Both the position numbers and the translations under genes were made by a program. Of a stretch of DNA of 61,807 bases, positions 47,110 through 57,143 are shown piece after piece (position 1 is the stretch's first letter; each line of letters opens with the position of its first letter). The notes under the pieces are model-generated. The model did no database searches and was not told the origin of the DNA. It worked only from the letters and a program-made list of their open reading frames with translations. The DNA comes from Candidatus Bipolaricaulota bacterium (GTDB lineage: Bacteria > Bipolaricaulota > Bipolaricaulia > UBA7950 > UBA9294), in assembly GCA_041302525.1 (NCBI GenBank), contig JBFYQX010000092.1:1-61807 (forward strand). The letters run 5' to 3'.

Positions 47110-49326
47110 TCACGGGGCCACCACCAGGGGTGCGATGCTCGACGCCCCGCGATCCGAGGCCACTACGCACAGATACAGGCCGGCCGTCGCCTGCACCCCG
47201 CGGCGCGTCGAGAGATCCCAGATCTCGTCCGTCGCGCCTGCGCGGAGAGCCACCTCGTACACGAGCGCCCCCGCCACGTCATACACGCGCAGCCACGCGC
47301 TGCGCGTCCCCGGCGGCAGGACGTAGGAGAACTGCGCGCGTCCTCGCGCCGGGTTGTCCACGATGCGCAACGTCGGCCGCACCGCCGGAGGGGGCAGTCC
47401 GCCGCCTCCCAGGCTCTGGGCGGCACTCCATGCATCGAGCTTGCCGTAACCCCACTGCGGCCCCACCGACACGTCCGCATCGCGCCGCGCGCTCTCGATC
47501 AGCGTGTCGCGAATCTCGTCGGCCGAGAGGGCGGGCTCCAGCTCAAGCAACAGCGCCACCGTGCCGGTGACGTGCGGCGCGGCCATGCTCGTCCCCCGCC
47601 GCACGACGTGCACGCCGTCGGGATGTCGCTCGTCCGCCGGAGCCTGAACCCAGGCGGAGAGAGACGAGCAGATCCACGCGCCCGGCGCCGTGAGGTCGGG
47701 CTTGATGCGCCCGTCGCGCGTCGGTCCGCGGCTGGAGAACGCGGACAGGGCGCCCGGCGCCACGTTGCCCGCGTCGTCCTGATCTCCGGCGGTCGACGGC
47801 CACGACGCCTTCGAGTCGAAACTGCCCACGGTCACCACGCCGCGCGAGTTCCCCGGCTCATCGATCGTGCTCACCGCGTCGCCGCCGACAATCGTCCCGG
47901 CGAGCGTCGTGACCCAGCCGTCGAAGCGGCCACCGCCCCCCTCGTCGCGGACGGTGATCCGCCAGCGGGCCCCCGCCGCGGTCTCCGTGATGCGCACGAC
48001 GACCTCGCGATCGCCGTTGTTCGGGTTCCTCCCCAGCGAGGCGTTGTCAATGTAGGCCGTGCCATCGGGCGTGGGCACGTAGCCGCTGGTGCCGCCCGCT
48101 GGCGCGACCACCAACGCACCGCTCGGCGAGCTCATCGACACGGAGAACGTCGAGTCCCCGGGGTACCAGAGTTCCATGCTCGCCTCGCGAGCGCCGGCCT
48201 GGAGCTCGAAGGTCTTGGCGCCGCGGTCCAGGGTCCCGGAGATGTGGATCGGGAGATTCCCCTCGTTGCCGGCAGCGACCACGATCGCCCGGCCGGGTTT
48301 CCGAACCAGCTCCTCGAGACCTCGCTCGAGGGCCGACGTGCCGTCGTGGGGACCGGCGTGCCCGCCAAGGCTCAAGTTGACCACGGCAGGCATCGCCCGG
48401 CGCTCGGCCTCCTGGAAGATGAAGCCGACGGCCTCGAGGATGTCGGCGGTGAAGAACGTCGTCTTGACCGCGATGATCCACGCGCTCGGCGCGACGCCCT
48501 CGAACCCGGCGCTCGACGACGACCCGTCGCCTGCGGCGATGCCCGCCACGTGCGTGCCGTGGCCGTCCCGGTCGACCTGCTTGACCGTCCCGTCGCCTGG
48601 CTCCGCCAGGGCCGCCTCGATGTCGGCGCGGTCATACGACGCGCCGAAGAGGCCCCAGGTCTGGTCCCACAGCGCGAGGACCCGCGTCGACTCCTCGAAA
48701 CCATCGCCGTCCTGGTCGGTTCGGAAGTCCAGGTGACGATAGTCGATGCCGGAGTCCACGATGCCGACAATCACGCCCTCGCCCTGCGCGCCGGGCACCG
48801 CCTCATGCACGCGGTCGGCCCGCACAGTCTCCACGCTCACGTCGAGCGATGGAGACGCGCGCCAAGACGCCTCGACGTACGTCACGCGTTCGTCGGCCAG
48901 GAGCCCGGCCAACTCGCCGGCCGTCACGGACACGACGGCCACGCTGGCCGTCGCGAAGCTGACGGGGACCCCGCCCAGGGTCAACCCGGGGGCCTCGCGG
49001 ACGGTGGCCAGCACCTTCGCCCGCGCCTCGCCGGTTGGGGAGACCGTCGTCTGCAGGCCTTCCGGCGCCGCCCCACGAGGCGACCCGCCGCTCGAAACCC
49101 ACGCCGCGAGCGCCGGGTCGAGGCGCGCCACATCCGCGGCCAACGCCGCGCTGGCCAGGCACAACGCGGCCACGACCATCGCCGCGCAACGCAGCCCGCG
49201 CCAGACGTCCCGCCCCCATCCCCGGTCGAGGCCGGGCCCCTGACGCTCGGCGACCGCAGCCCGCCTTGCCAAGCGCGCGCCGATTCCGCCGGCCGGCCGC
49301 TGACGCAGTGCCGCGCATTGTGCCAT
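47110..49326 (-). CDS. S8 subtilase (CspA-like insert) with T9SS-type C-terminal domain, copy B
   Basis: IVDSG (D), GHGTHVAG (H), GTSMAAPHV (S); tail NP..FSY.LP...LRVYDVAG.LV...WD....G...GLY. Confidence 0.9.
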   Translation of the reverse strand: MAQCAALRQRPAGGIGARLARRAAVAERQGPGLDRGWGRDVWRGLRCAAMVVAALCLASAALAADVARLDPALAAWVSSGGSPRGAAPEGLQTTVSPTGEARAKVLATVREAPGLTLGGVPVSFATASVAVVSVTAGELAGLLADERVTYVEASWRASPSLDVSVETVRADRVHEAVPGAQGEGVIVGIVDSGIDYRHLDFRTDQDGDGFEESTRVLALWDQTWGLFGASYDRADIEAALAEPGDGTVKQVDRDGHGTHVAGIAAGDGSSSSAGFEGVAPSAWIIAVKTTFFTADILEAVGFIFQEAERRAMPAVVNLSLGGHAGPHDGTSALERGLEELVRKPGRAIVVAAGNEGNLPIHISGTLDRGAKTFELQAGAREASMELWYPGDSTFSVSMSSPSGALVVAPAGGTSGYVPTPDGTAYIDNASLGRNPNNGDREVVVRITETAAGARWRITVRDEGGGGRFDGWVTTLAGTIVGGDAVSTIDEPGNSRGVVTVGSFDSKASWPSTAGDQDDAGNVAPGALSAFSSRGPTRDGRIKPDLTAPGAWICSSLSAWVQAPADERHPDGVHVVRRGTSMAAPHVTGTVALLLELEPALSADEIRDTLIESARRDADVSVGPQWGYGKLDAWSAAQSLGGGGLPPPAVRPTLRIVDNPARGRAQFSYVLPPGTRSAWLRVYDVAGALVYEVALRAGATDEIWDLSTRRGVQATAGLYLCVVASDRGASSIAPLVVAP

Positions 49327-50184
49327 CTAGAACTGCACCTCCAGCGATACGCGGTGACTGGTCCCCAGGTCCGAGCGCACGGCGCAGGCCCAGTCGATCC
49401 CAATCTCGGATACCCGCACCGTGGCTCCCAGCGTGATCCCCTCGCCGTCCCAGCCAACGCGGGCCGCAGTGGCCTCGCCGAACCGGACCTCCACGCCCCC
49501 GACAACGCGCCACGCCACCGAGATCAGGTCATCGACGTCGACCGTCGCGATCCAGATGACCTCCTCGGGCCAAGCGAGCGTCCACGACAAGCCCACGCAC
49601 ACCGCCGGATCCCATGGCGTGTGCGCCCCGCCGCCGAAGACCACGCCGGGAGACCACAGCGCGTCACAGATCGCCCCAACGCACACAGGGCCGAGGTCGA
49701 TGAGCGCTGCCACATCCACAGCCCCGCCGAAGGCTTCGGCAGGTTGGCCGTGTCGCACGAGCCGCCCGCGCCCCGCGATGGCCACGGGGCCGATGGGCAC
49801 TGCACCGGCGGCCTCGAGGCCGAGCGCCAGGTACCGCAGCCCGCCGTCTCCGGTGGGAATCCAGCCCGAGTCGAGCATCGCCGCGATCATTCCGACGTGA
49901 GGGGCGGCGAACCCCACCGCACCGTAGCGGACACCGCCGAACTGCAGCACGCCAAGCGAGGCCAGGTGCACGTCCGACACCCACGCGAGCCACGCCGGGT
50001 TGAGGCTCGCAGACGCCGCGTCGTCTCGATACGCAGCCTGCGCCCCGCCCACGCCGAGCGATCGCGCCGAGACCCCGAAGTCGAGCCAGGCCGCAACGCC
50101 TCCTGCAGCCGTCACGCCGGGCGCTGCGCTGGCCAGCAGCGCGGCCGCGCACAGCCACGTGAGGAGGGCGCCCGCGCGTCTCAT
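49327..50184 (-). CDS. PorV/PorQ-like outer-membrane barrel, copy A
   Basis: Signal peptide; GVSARSLGVGGAQAAY.DD..SASLNPAWL; ends LGTSHRVSLEVQF (terminal Phe). Confidence 0.75.
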   Translation of the reverse strand: MRRAGALLTWLCAAALLASAAPGVTAAGGVAAWLDFGVSARSLGVGGAQAAYRDDAASASLNPAWLAWVSDVHLASLGVLQFGGVRYGAVGFAAPHVGMIAAMLDSGWIPTGDGGLRYLALGLEAAGAVPIGPVAIAGRGRLVRHGQPAEAFGGAVDVAALIDLGPVCVGAICDALWSPGVVFGGGAHTPWDPAVCVGLSWTLAWPEEVIWIATVDVDDLISVAWRVVGGVEVRFGEATAARVGWDGEGITLGATVRVSEIGIDWACAVRSDLGTSHRVSLEVQF

Positions 50185-52286
50185 AGACTCACCACCAGTC
50201 GCCCGACGAGGCTTCGGCCGCGATCGCTTGTGACCACGTAGAGGTAGAGGCCCGGGGCCACGCGAGCTCCCGCGTCCGAGACGAGATCCCAAACGTAGTC
50301 CGACGCACTGACGCTGAGAGGCACAGCCAGCACCCGCCGCCCGACGACGTCGTAGACGTAGAGCGCGGCACTGCGTGTCCCCTCGGGAAGGCCGTAGGCG
50401 AAGACCGCCTGGTCAATCGAAGGGTTCTTCTCGACCGCGACGCTGGGGCGATCTCCTGACGGCGGGGGCGGTTCGCTGGCGAGAACGCGTCGCAGAGCGG
50501 CCCAAGCGTCGACGCGGCCGAAGCCCCACCGCATGTTCGGCACGGCCCCCATCCGTCCTTCGCGCGTGGTCGTCGAGGTCAAGAGCGCGGTGATCTCGGT
50601 CGACGTGAGGCGCGGATTGACGTCAAACAGGAGTGCAATCACGCCCGACACGTGGGGGGCGGCCATGCTCGTTCCGCGGTGCATGCTGTGGACGCCGTCG
50701 GGGTGGGTGAGGTCGGCAAACGAGAGCGCCGCGGAAGAAAGGGCGGCGCAGATCCACGTTCCCGGCGCGACAAGGTCTGGCTTCGTGCGCCCGTCGCGCG
50801 TCGGCCCTTGGCTCGAGAACGGCGACAACAAGCCCACCTCCACCTCGTCGGAGTCGTCCTGCAGGCCGATCTGTGACGGCCAGACGGCCTTCGAATTCAG
50901 CGCGCCTACGGTGACCACGTTGCGAGCGTTGCCCGGCTCGTCGATCGTCGACGTTGAGTCGCCGCCGCGGATCCGACCGGTGCTGGACGTGATCCAGCCG
51001 TCGAAGCGCCCCCCGCCGCCAGCGTCAGTCATGCTGACGCGCCAGACGGTCCCGGCCGTCGTGTTGGTCACGCGGATCAGGACCTCGCGGTCGCCATTCC
51101 GCACGTTCGGGCCGCCGGCCGAGTTGTCGATGTACGCCACGCCGTCCGGCGTCGTGACGAACCCGCTGGCCGAACCCGCCGCCGCGGAGATCGTGGCGCC
51201 GCTGGGCGCGGTCACGGTCACCGTGAAGCGCGATGCGCCCGTGTACCAGATCTCGAGCGTGAGCTCGCGGCCGCCGGCCTGGAGGTCGAAGCTCCGCGAC
51301 CCGCCCTGCAGGAACCCCGACACGTGAATCGGGATGTCGCCCTCGTTTCCTGCAGACACGACGATCGCTCGCCCCGGCCCAACCGCCAGCTCGTCCAGGC
51401 CGCGCTCGAACGCCGACGTCCCGTCGTGCGGACCCTCTTGTCCCCCGAGGCTCAGGTTCACGACCGCCGGCATGCCGCGCCGTTCGGCCTCGTCGAAGAT
51501 GAACCCGACGGCCTCGAGGATGTCGGCCGTGAAGAACGTTGTCTTGACCGCGATGATCGACGCACCCGGCGCCACGCCGCGGAGCCCGGCAGTGGACGAC
51601 GATCCGTCCCCGGCCGCGATGCCCGCAACGTGCGTGCCGTGCCCATCACGATCGAGGCTCTTCACCTTCCCGGGGCCGGGGCTGGCCAGGTCGGCCTCGA
51701 TGTCGCTCCGGCTGTACGTGGTTCCGAACAGGCCCCACGTCTGATCCCACAGCATGAGGACCCGTGTCGCTTCCTCCTCGCCGTCCCCGTCCGCGTCATA
51801 GCGAAAGTCGAGATGACGCACATCCAAGCCAGTGTCCACCAATCCCACGATGACGCCTTCGCCGACGATGGGCGGCGAGGCCGTGGAGGCACGGTCAGCG
51901 GCTATGGCGGGCACGCTCACATCGACGGCCGGACGTGTCTTCCAGGACGACTCCACGTGCAGGACCCGCGGATCCCCGACCAACGCCACGAGTTCAGCGC
52001 GCGAGACGCACAGGCTGGCGACGGTCCCGGTCGCGAAATCGACGGGCACTCCGGCAAGGCTCTGGCCGGACCCCGTGGACGTCGTGGCGAGCACCTTGAC
52101 GCGGACTTCGCCCGTGGGGGACGCGACCGTCTGGAGCCCGACGGTCGCCTCGCGCGCCATCGCCTCGCCGGCCGCGAGCCACGCCGCGAGCGCCGGGTCG
52201 ACCTGGGCGAGGGGGCCCGCGAGAAGGCGCGCGGACCCAACCAGCAACAAGCATCCCCACGCGACCCACCCGGCCGCTCGTCGCAT
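50181..52286 (-). CDS. S8 subtilase (CspA-like insert) with T9SS-type C-terminal domain, copy A
   Basis: LVDTG, GHGTHVAG, GTSMAAPHV; tail KNP..FAYGLP...LYVYDVVGRRV...WD...G.RVAPGLYLY; start uncertain (52286/52310). Confidence 0.9.
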   Translation of the reverse strand: MRRAAGWVAWGCLLLVGSARLLAGPLAQVDPALAAWLAAGEAMAREATVGLQTVASPTGEVRVKVLATTSTGSGQSLAGVPVDFATGTVASLCVSRAELVALVGDPRVLHVESSWKTRPAVDVSVPAIAADRASTASPPIVGEGVIVGLVDTGLDVRHLDFRYDADGDGEEEATRVLMLWDQTWGLFGTTYSRSDIEADLASPGPGKVKSLDRDGHGTHVAGIAAGDGSSSTAGLRGVAPGASIIAVKTTFFTADILEAVGFIFDEAERRGMPAVVNLSLGGQEGPHDGTSAFERGLDELAVGPGRAIVVSAGNEGDIPIHVSGFLQGGSRSFDLQAGGRELTLEIWYTGASRFTVTVTAPSGATISAAAGSASGFVTTPDGVAYIDNSAGGPNVRNGDREVLIRVTNTTAGTVWRVSMTDAGGGGRFDGWITSSTGRIRGGDSTSTIDEPGNARNVVTVGALNSKAVWPSQIGLQDDSDEVEVGLLSPFSSQGPTRDGRTKPDLVAPGTWICAALSSAALSFADLTHPDGVHSMHRGTSMAAPHVSGVIALLFDVNPRLTSTEITALLTSTTTREGRMGAVPNMRWGFGRVDAWAALRRVLASEPPPPSGDRPSVAVEKNPSIDQAVFAYGLPEGTRSAALYVYDVVGRRVLAVPLSVSASDYVWDLVSDAGARVAPGLYLYVVTSDRGRSLVGRLVVSL

Positions 52287-52386
52287 CACGCGCTGGAACC
52301 CCCTCTGCATCTGGCCGGAATTGTACACGAGGCCGCGCCCGGAACCCATGCCCCTTGCTGCCATCACGATGCCGGCCCCCGCGTCC

Positions 52387-52416
52387 TTTACACCTAGAGA
52401 GACCCTGTGATATGAT
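52387..52416 (+). promoter_or_regulatory. sigma70 promoter of the hypothetical-pgm-leuS run
   Basis: TTTACA-18-TATGAT with extended -10 TG. Confidence 0.5.
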
Positions 52417-52507
52417 CCAGTCGCTGGCGCAGATGCCACCTACATTTGCGTGGTCCGAGGCTCGCCGCAGAGCAGGTCTCCGCGCCAGGCGCCGGGAGTG
52501 AGACAAC

Positions 52508-52813
52508 ATGAGCGACGAACGGGCAGAGGCGCCGGGCGAGACCGGCGACGAGATGCTCCAGCGGTACAAGGTGGCCGTCGAGCGCGCATTGCCGCGCGTT
52601 CCAGTCAAGAACGGCGTCGTGGACATCGACTCGGTGTGGGTCGAGACCTCGTTGCCGTATGATCTGCTTGAGGCCATCCTCCGCCGGGAGGACCTCGTGC
52701 GACCGGCCAACGTAGAACGCATCGTGCTCAAGACCCGCGCGCAGGGGCAGCAGTCGCAAGGAGAGCAGAGTGGGACAGGCAAGCGGCGCCGAAGGCGTGA
52801 AGTTCGGAACTGA
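52508..52813 (+). CDS. Small hypothetical protein with basic C-terminal tail
   Basis: Globular-looking core (IDSVWVETSLPYDLL), typical codon usage, downstream of a promoter; overlaps the pgm start. Confidence 0.6.
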   Translation: MSDERAEAPGETGDEMLQRYKVAVERALPRVPVKNGVVDIDSVWVETSLPYDLLEAILRREDLVRPANVERIVLKTRAQGQQSQGEQSGTGKRRRRREVRN

Positions 52814-54239
52814 CGGCTGGCGCGGCATCATCGCCCGCGAGTTCACGTTCGACAACGTGGCCCGCGTTGGCGAGGCGCTCGTTGCGCACCTTCGCGACCC
52901 CCGTCGCTCCCAGGGCCGGATCTACACGGACTGGAGATCCCCGTTCCGGCCGGCTGAGCGGGGCGTCGTCATCGGATACGACACCCGATTCCTGTCGGAG
53001 GAGTTCGCCCTGCACTTCGCGCGCGTCGTCCAGAGCCGCGGAGTCCCGGTCGTCGTCTCAGGTGCTGTCGTGCCGACGCCGGCGCTCTCCTACGCCGTCG
53101 TCGATCGTGCGGCCGCGGTGGGCGTCATGGTCACGAGCAGCCACAACCCGGCGACGTACAACGGGATCAAGATCAAGGCCGAGTACGGGGGATCGGCGCC
53201 GCAGGAGATCACCGACTCGATCGAGGCGCGACTCCCTGCCTCGCCCCCCGCGGCGCCGCGCTCCGCGGACCCGATCGAGCGCGTCGACCTGCGCACCCCG
53301 TACATGAACCGCATCCGCGAGCTAATGGACCGCGAGCGCCTGACGTCGTCGCGCATTCACGCCGTCGTCGACTCGATGTACGGCTCGGCCGCCGGGTACG
53401 TGGCCGAACTCCTCCGTGAGGCCGGCGTACCCTATACGCAGATCCGCGGCAGGCGCGACCCCTTGTTCGGGGGCAAGAAGCCCGAGCCGCTCGTCGAGAA
53501 CCTCATTCCGCTCCGCGCCGTGCTGCGGTCGCGGGCGGCGTCGGGCGCCCGCGAGCGGACGATCGGCGTCATCACCGACGGCGACGGCGACCGCATCGCG
53601 GCCATGGACGAGAAGGGCGGGTTCATCGATCCGCACGGCACCTACGCCCTCATCCTGCGCTACCTCGTCGAGGAGCGCGGGCTTCGTGGCGCAGTCGTCG
53701 TGTCGTTCAACTTGACCGACCTCGTGCGCCGGATGTGCGCCGCCTACGGATTGGAGGTCATCGAGGTGCCGATCGGCTTCAAGTACGCGGTCGAGCAGAT
53801 CCTCAAGCGCGACGTCCTGATGGCGGGTGAGGAAAGCGGCAGTCTCGCCCTGCGCGGCCACATCCCCGAGCGCGACGGCGTGTTGTGGTCGATTCTGCTC
53901 TGCGAGATCCTGGCCACGTCGAAGCGCCCGGCGAGCGACCTCGTCCTGGACCTGCACCGGCGGTTCGGGCCGCAGGCCGTGCAGCGTCGCGACATCGAGA
54001 TCGTGACGCGGCTCGAGGTCGTCGAGCGGCTGCGCCAGAACCCGCCCGAGCGGTTCGGCGGCAAGCCGGTGCGCTCCATGGAGACCCTGGACGGGATCAA
54101 GCTGCGCGTTGACGGCGGCTGGATCCTGTTCCGCGCCTCCGGCACGGAGCCGATCTTGCGCATCTACTGTGAGATGGAGACCGAGGAAGCCGTCCGCGCG
54201 ATGCTGGACGAAGGCGAACGATTCGCACGAGGAGTCTAG
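52770..54239 (+). CDS. Phosphoglucomutase/phosphomannomutase family protein
   Basis: FGTDGWRG, TSSHNP phosphoserine loop, DGDGDR, GEESG, RASGTEP. Confidence 0.93.
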   Translation: MGQASGAEGVKFGTDGWRGIIAREFTFDNVARVGEALVAHLRDPRRSQGRIYTDWRSPFRPAERGVVIGYDTRFLSEEFALHFARVVQSRGVPVVVSGAVVPTPALSYAVVDRAAAVGVMVTSSHNPATYNGIKIKAEYGGSAPQEITDSIEARLPASPPAAPRSADPIERVDLRTPYMNRIRELMDRERLTSSRIHAVVDSMYGSAAGYVAELLREAGVPYTQIRGRRDPLFGGKKPEPLVENLIPLRAVLRSRAASGARERTIGVITDGDGDRIAAMDEKGGFIDPHGTYALILRYLVEERGLRGAVVVSFNLTDLVRRMCAAYGLEVIEVPIGFKYAVEQILKRDVLMAGEESGSLALRGHIPERDGVLWSILLCEILATSKRPASDLVLDLHRRFGPQAVQRRDIEIVTRLEVVERLRQNPPERFGGKPVRSMETLDGIKLRVDGGWILFRASGTEPILRIYCEMETEEAVRAMLDEGERFARGV

Positions 54240-54242
54240 GCC

Positions 54243-57140
54243 ATGGCGGCCCACGTGACAGAACCCTACGATTTCAAGGCCATTGAGGCGCGCTGGCGCG
54301 ACCACTGGACGGAGAAGGGCTACTTCCGCGTCGACACCAAGGCGCGCGACAACACCTTCTACTACCTGAACATGTTCCCGTATCCGTCCGGCTACCTGCA
54401 CGTCGGGCACGGGCGCAACTACATCATCGGCGACGTCCTGATGCGCTTCTACCGCATGCGCGGCTACAACATCCTGAACCCGATGGGCTGGGACGCTTTC
54501 GGGCTCCCGGCCGAGAACGCCGCGATCGACCGCGGCATCCACCCGCGCGAGTGGACGGTCAAGAACATCGCCTACGCCAAGGACCAGTTCCGGGCGTGGG
54601 GCATCGTCTACGACTGGGATCGCGAGATCGCGACCTGCGAACCCGACTACTACCGCTGGACCCAGTGGCTGTTCCTTGAGCTGTACAAGAAGGGCCTCGC
54701 CTACCGCAAGCGGGCGACCGTGAATTACTGCCCGCAGTGCAAGACGGTGCTCGCGAACGAGCAGGTCGTCGGCGGGGGCTGCGACCGCTGCGGCACCGCG
54801 CCCGAGCCCAAGACGCTCGAGCAGTGGTTCTTCAAGATCACCGAGTACGCCGACCGTCTGCTTGACGACCTGGCCACCCTTGAGAGCTGGCCCGAGAGCG
54901 TCAAGAAGATGCAGGAGAACTGGATTGGACGGAGCGAGGGGGCGCACGTCACGTTCAAGACAGAGAAGGGGGGCGAGCTCGCCGTGTTCACGACGCGGCC
55001 GGACACCCTGTGGGGCGCGACGTTCATGGTCCTCGCCCCCGAGCACCCGCTCGTCGATTCGCTCACCACCCCCGAGCACAAGTCCGAAATCGCCGCGTAC
55101 CGCGACCGGGCGCTCCGCGCCTCCGACATCGATCGCCTGTCGACCGAGCGAGAGAAGACGGGCGTGTTCACGGGCTCGTACGCGATCAACCCGGTGAACA
55201 ACGAGCGGATTCCGATCTGGATTGCCGACTACGTGCTCGTGACCTACGGGACGGGCGCGATCATGGCCGTCCCGGCCCACGACGAGCGCGACTTCGCCTT
55301 CGCGCTCGGCTACGGCCTTCCGATCTTGCCGGTCATCGAGCGCGCCGACCGTCGCGCCCGCGCCTTCATCCCTCTCTCCGCGGTGGGCGCGGACTTCGAG
55401 AAACTGGCCAGCGACGACGGACTTCCCGTCGTGAAGCGCGAGGACGGATACGTTCTCGACCCCGCCTGGGACGACGTCAACCGCGCGGTGCGTCTCGTCC
55501 AGGGCGAGCTCAAGTCCGGCGCCTGGGCGTCCGTCGTCGGCACCCGGTTCGCGTTCATCTTCCAAGATGCCGTGATCGCCCACGACTCGATCGCCGCCGA
55601 CCGCGAGATCGTCGCGCGCTGCGCGCTCCTCACCGGCGCATCGTTTCACGCCCGCACGGCGATGGAGATCCTGACGCACATCCCGGCCTACGAGGGGCTT
55701 CTCTTCCACGCCGACGTCGGCACAATGCAGCATTCCGGCAGGTTCAGCGGCACGCGCGGCCACCAGGCCAAAGAGGCCGTGACGGCGTGGCTCGAAAAGG
55801 CGGGAAAGGGCAAGAAGTCGATCACGTATCGACTCCACGACTGGCTCATCTCGCGCCAACGCTACTGGGGCGCCCCGATCCCGATCATCTACTGCGGCAA
55901 GTGCGGCGAGGTGCCAGTCCCCGAGAAGGATCTGCCTGTCCAGCTGCCCGATGTGGCCTTTATCGGCAAGATGGGGCTCGCCGACATCCCCGGCTACGCC
56001 GACACCACGTGCCCCAACTGCGGCGGACCGGCACGGCGCGACACGGACACCATGGACACGTTCGTCGATTCGTCCTGGTACTACCTTCGATTCATCAATC
56101 CCAACGACACGCGGCAGGCCTTCGTGCGCGACGACGTCGACCATTGGCTGCCGGTCAACCAGTACGTGGGCGGCGTCGAACATGCCATCCTCCACCTCCT
56201 GTACTCGCGTTTCGTCACCAAGGCCCTCTACGACCTCGGCCACATCGGGTTCCAGGAGCCGTTCGCACGCCTGTTCACGCAGGGCATGGTGTGCCACACC
56301 GCCTACAAGTGCCCCGAGCACGGCTGGCTGTACCCGAAGGATGTGGCAGAAGGCAATCGCTGTCCGACCTGCGGGAAGGCTGTTGAGACCCCGTACTTCT
56401 CCATGTCGAAGTCGAAGAAGAACGTTGTCGACCCCTCCGAGATCATCGACCGCGTCGGCGCCGACGCCGAGCGTCTCTACACCCTGTTCATGGGTCCGCC
56501 CGACCGCGACATCGAGTGGTCCGAGGAAGGAATCCGCGGCTCGTTCCGCTTCCTCAACCGCGTCTGGACGCTCGTGTCCGACCTCGCCCCGCGTCTCGCG
56601 CCGCGCACGGCCGGCGCCGACCCCGCAGCGCTTGATGCCGACGGGTTGGCGCTGTGGCGGCGCGTCCATCGCACCGTGCGCAAGGTGAGCGAGGACATTC
56701 AGGACCGCTTCAGCTTCAACACCGCCGTGTCGGCGATCATGGAGCTGGCCAACGACCTCGCCAAGTACGCCGAGCGGCCCGATGCAGACCCCGACCTCCT
56801 CAGGGAGGCCGTCGATCGCCTCGTCCTGGTGCTTGCCCCCATCTGCCCGTTCCTCGCTGAGGAGCTGTGGCGCAAGGTCGGGCACGAGGGCTCGCCGCTC
56901 GAGGCCGGCTGGCCGCGCGTCATCGAGGAGGCGCTCGGCGCCGACACCGTAGAGATTCCCGTTCAGGTCAACGGCAAGCTCCGGGCGCGGATCACAGTCT
57001 CGGCCGAGATTGCCGCCGACGCCAAGGCCCTCGAGAAGGCCGCGCTCGAGAGCGCCGACGTCAAGGCCAAGCTCGGCGACGTGACGATCGTCAAGGCCAT
57101 TGCCGTGCCCAACAAGATGATCAGCCTGGTCGTGAAATAG
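54243..57140 (+). CDS. leuS: Leucyl-tRNA synthetase
   Basis: [63 protein letters not shown]. Confidence 0.97.
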   Translation: MAAHVTEPYDFKAIEARWRDHWTEKGYFRVDTKARDNTFYYLNMFPYPSGYLHVGHGRNYIIGDVLMRFYRMRGYNILNPMGWDAFGLPAENAAIDRGIHPREWTVKNIAYAKDQFRAWGIVYDWDREIATCEPDYYRWTQWLFLELYKKGLAYRKRATVNYCPQCKTVLANEQVVGGGCDRCGTAPEPKTLEQWFFKITEYADRLLDDLATLESWPESVKKMQENWIGRSEGAHVTFKTEKGGELAVFTTRPDTLWGATFMVLAPEHPLVDSLTTPEHKSEIAAYRDRALRASDIDRLSTEREKTGVFTGSYAINPVNNERIPIWIADYVLVTYGTGAIMAVPAHDERDFAFALGYGLPILPVIERADRRARAFIPLSAVGADFEKLASDDGLPVVKREDGYVLDPAWDDVNRAVRLVQGELKSGAWASVVGTRFAFIFQDAVIAHDSIAADREIVARCALLTGASFHARTAMEILTHIPAYEGLLFHADVGTMQHSGRFSGTRGHQAKEAVTAWLEKAGKGKKSITYRLHDWLISRQRYWGAPIPIIYCGKCGEVPVPEKDLPVQLPDVAFIGKMGLADIPGYADTTCPNCGGPARRDTDTMDTFVDSSWYYLRFINPNDTRQAFVRDDVDHWLPVNQYVGGVEHAILHLLYSRFVTKALYDLGHIGFQEPFARLFTQGMVCHTAYKCPEHGWLYPKDVAEGNRCPTCGKAVETPYFSMSKSKKNVVDPSEIIDRVGADAERLYTLFMGPPDRDIEWSEEGIRGSFRFLNRVWTLVSDLAPRLAPRTAGADPAALDADGLALWRRVHRTVRKVSEDIQDRFSFNTAVSAIMELANDLAKYAERPDADPDLLREAVDRLVLVLAPICPFLAEELWRKVGHEGSPLEAGWPRVIEEALGADTVEIPVQVNGKLRARITVSAEIAADAKALEKAALESADVKAKLGDVTIVKAIAVPNKMISLVVK

Positions 57141-57143
57141 GGC

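Noticed and set aside
47089-50241. 1050-aa plus-strand ORF (also 42580-44637 and 51324-52397)
   Set aside because: Antisense to the subtilase, PorV-like and SprA-like genes; Arg/Ala/Gly-rich with no domain signal.
55344-55718. Intein in LeuRS
   Set aside because: No N-terminal Cys/Ser or C-terminal His-Asn splice motifs and no LAGLIDADG blocks.
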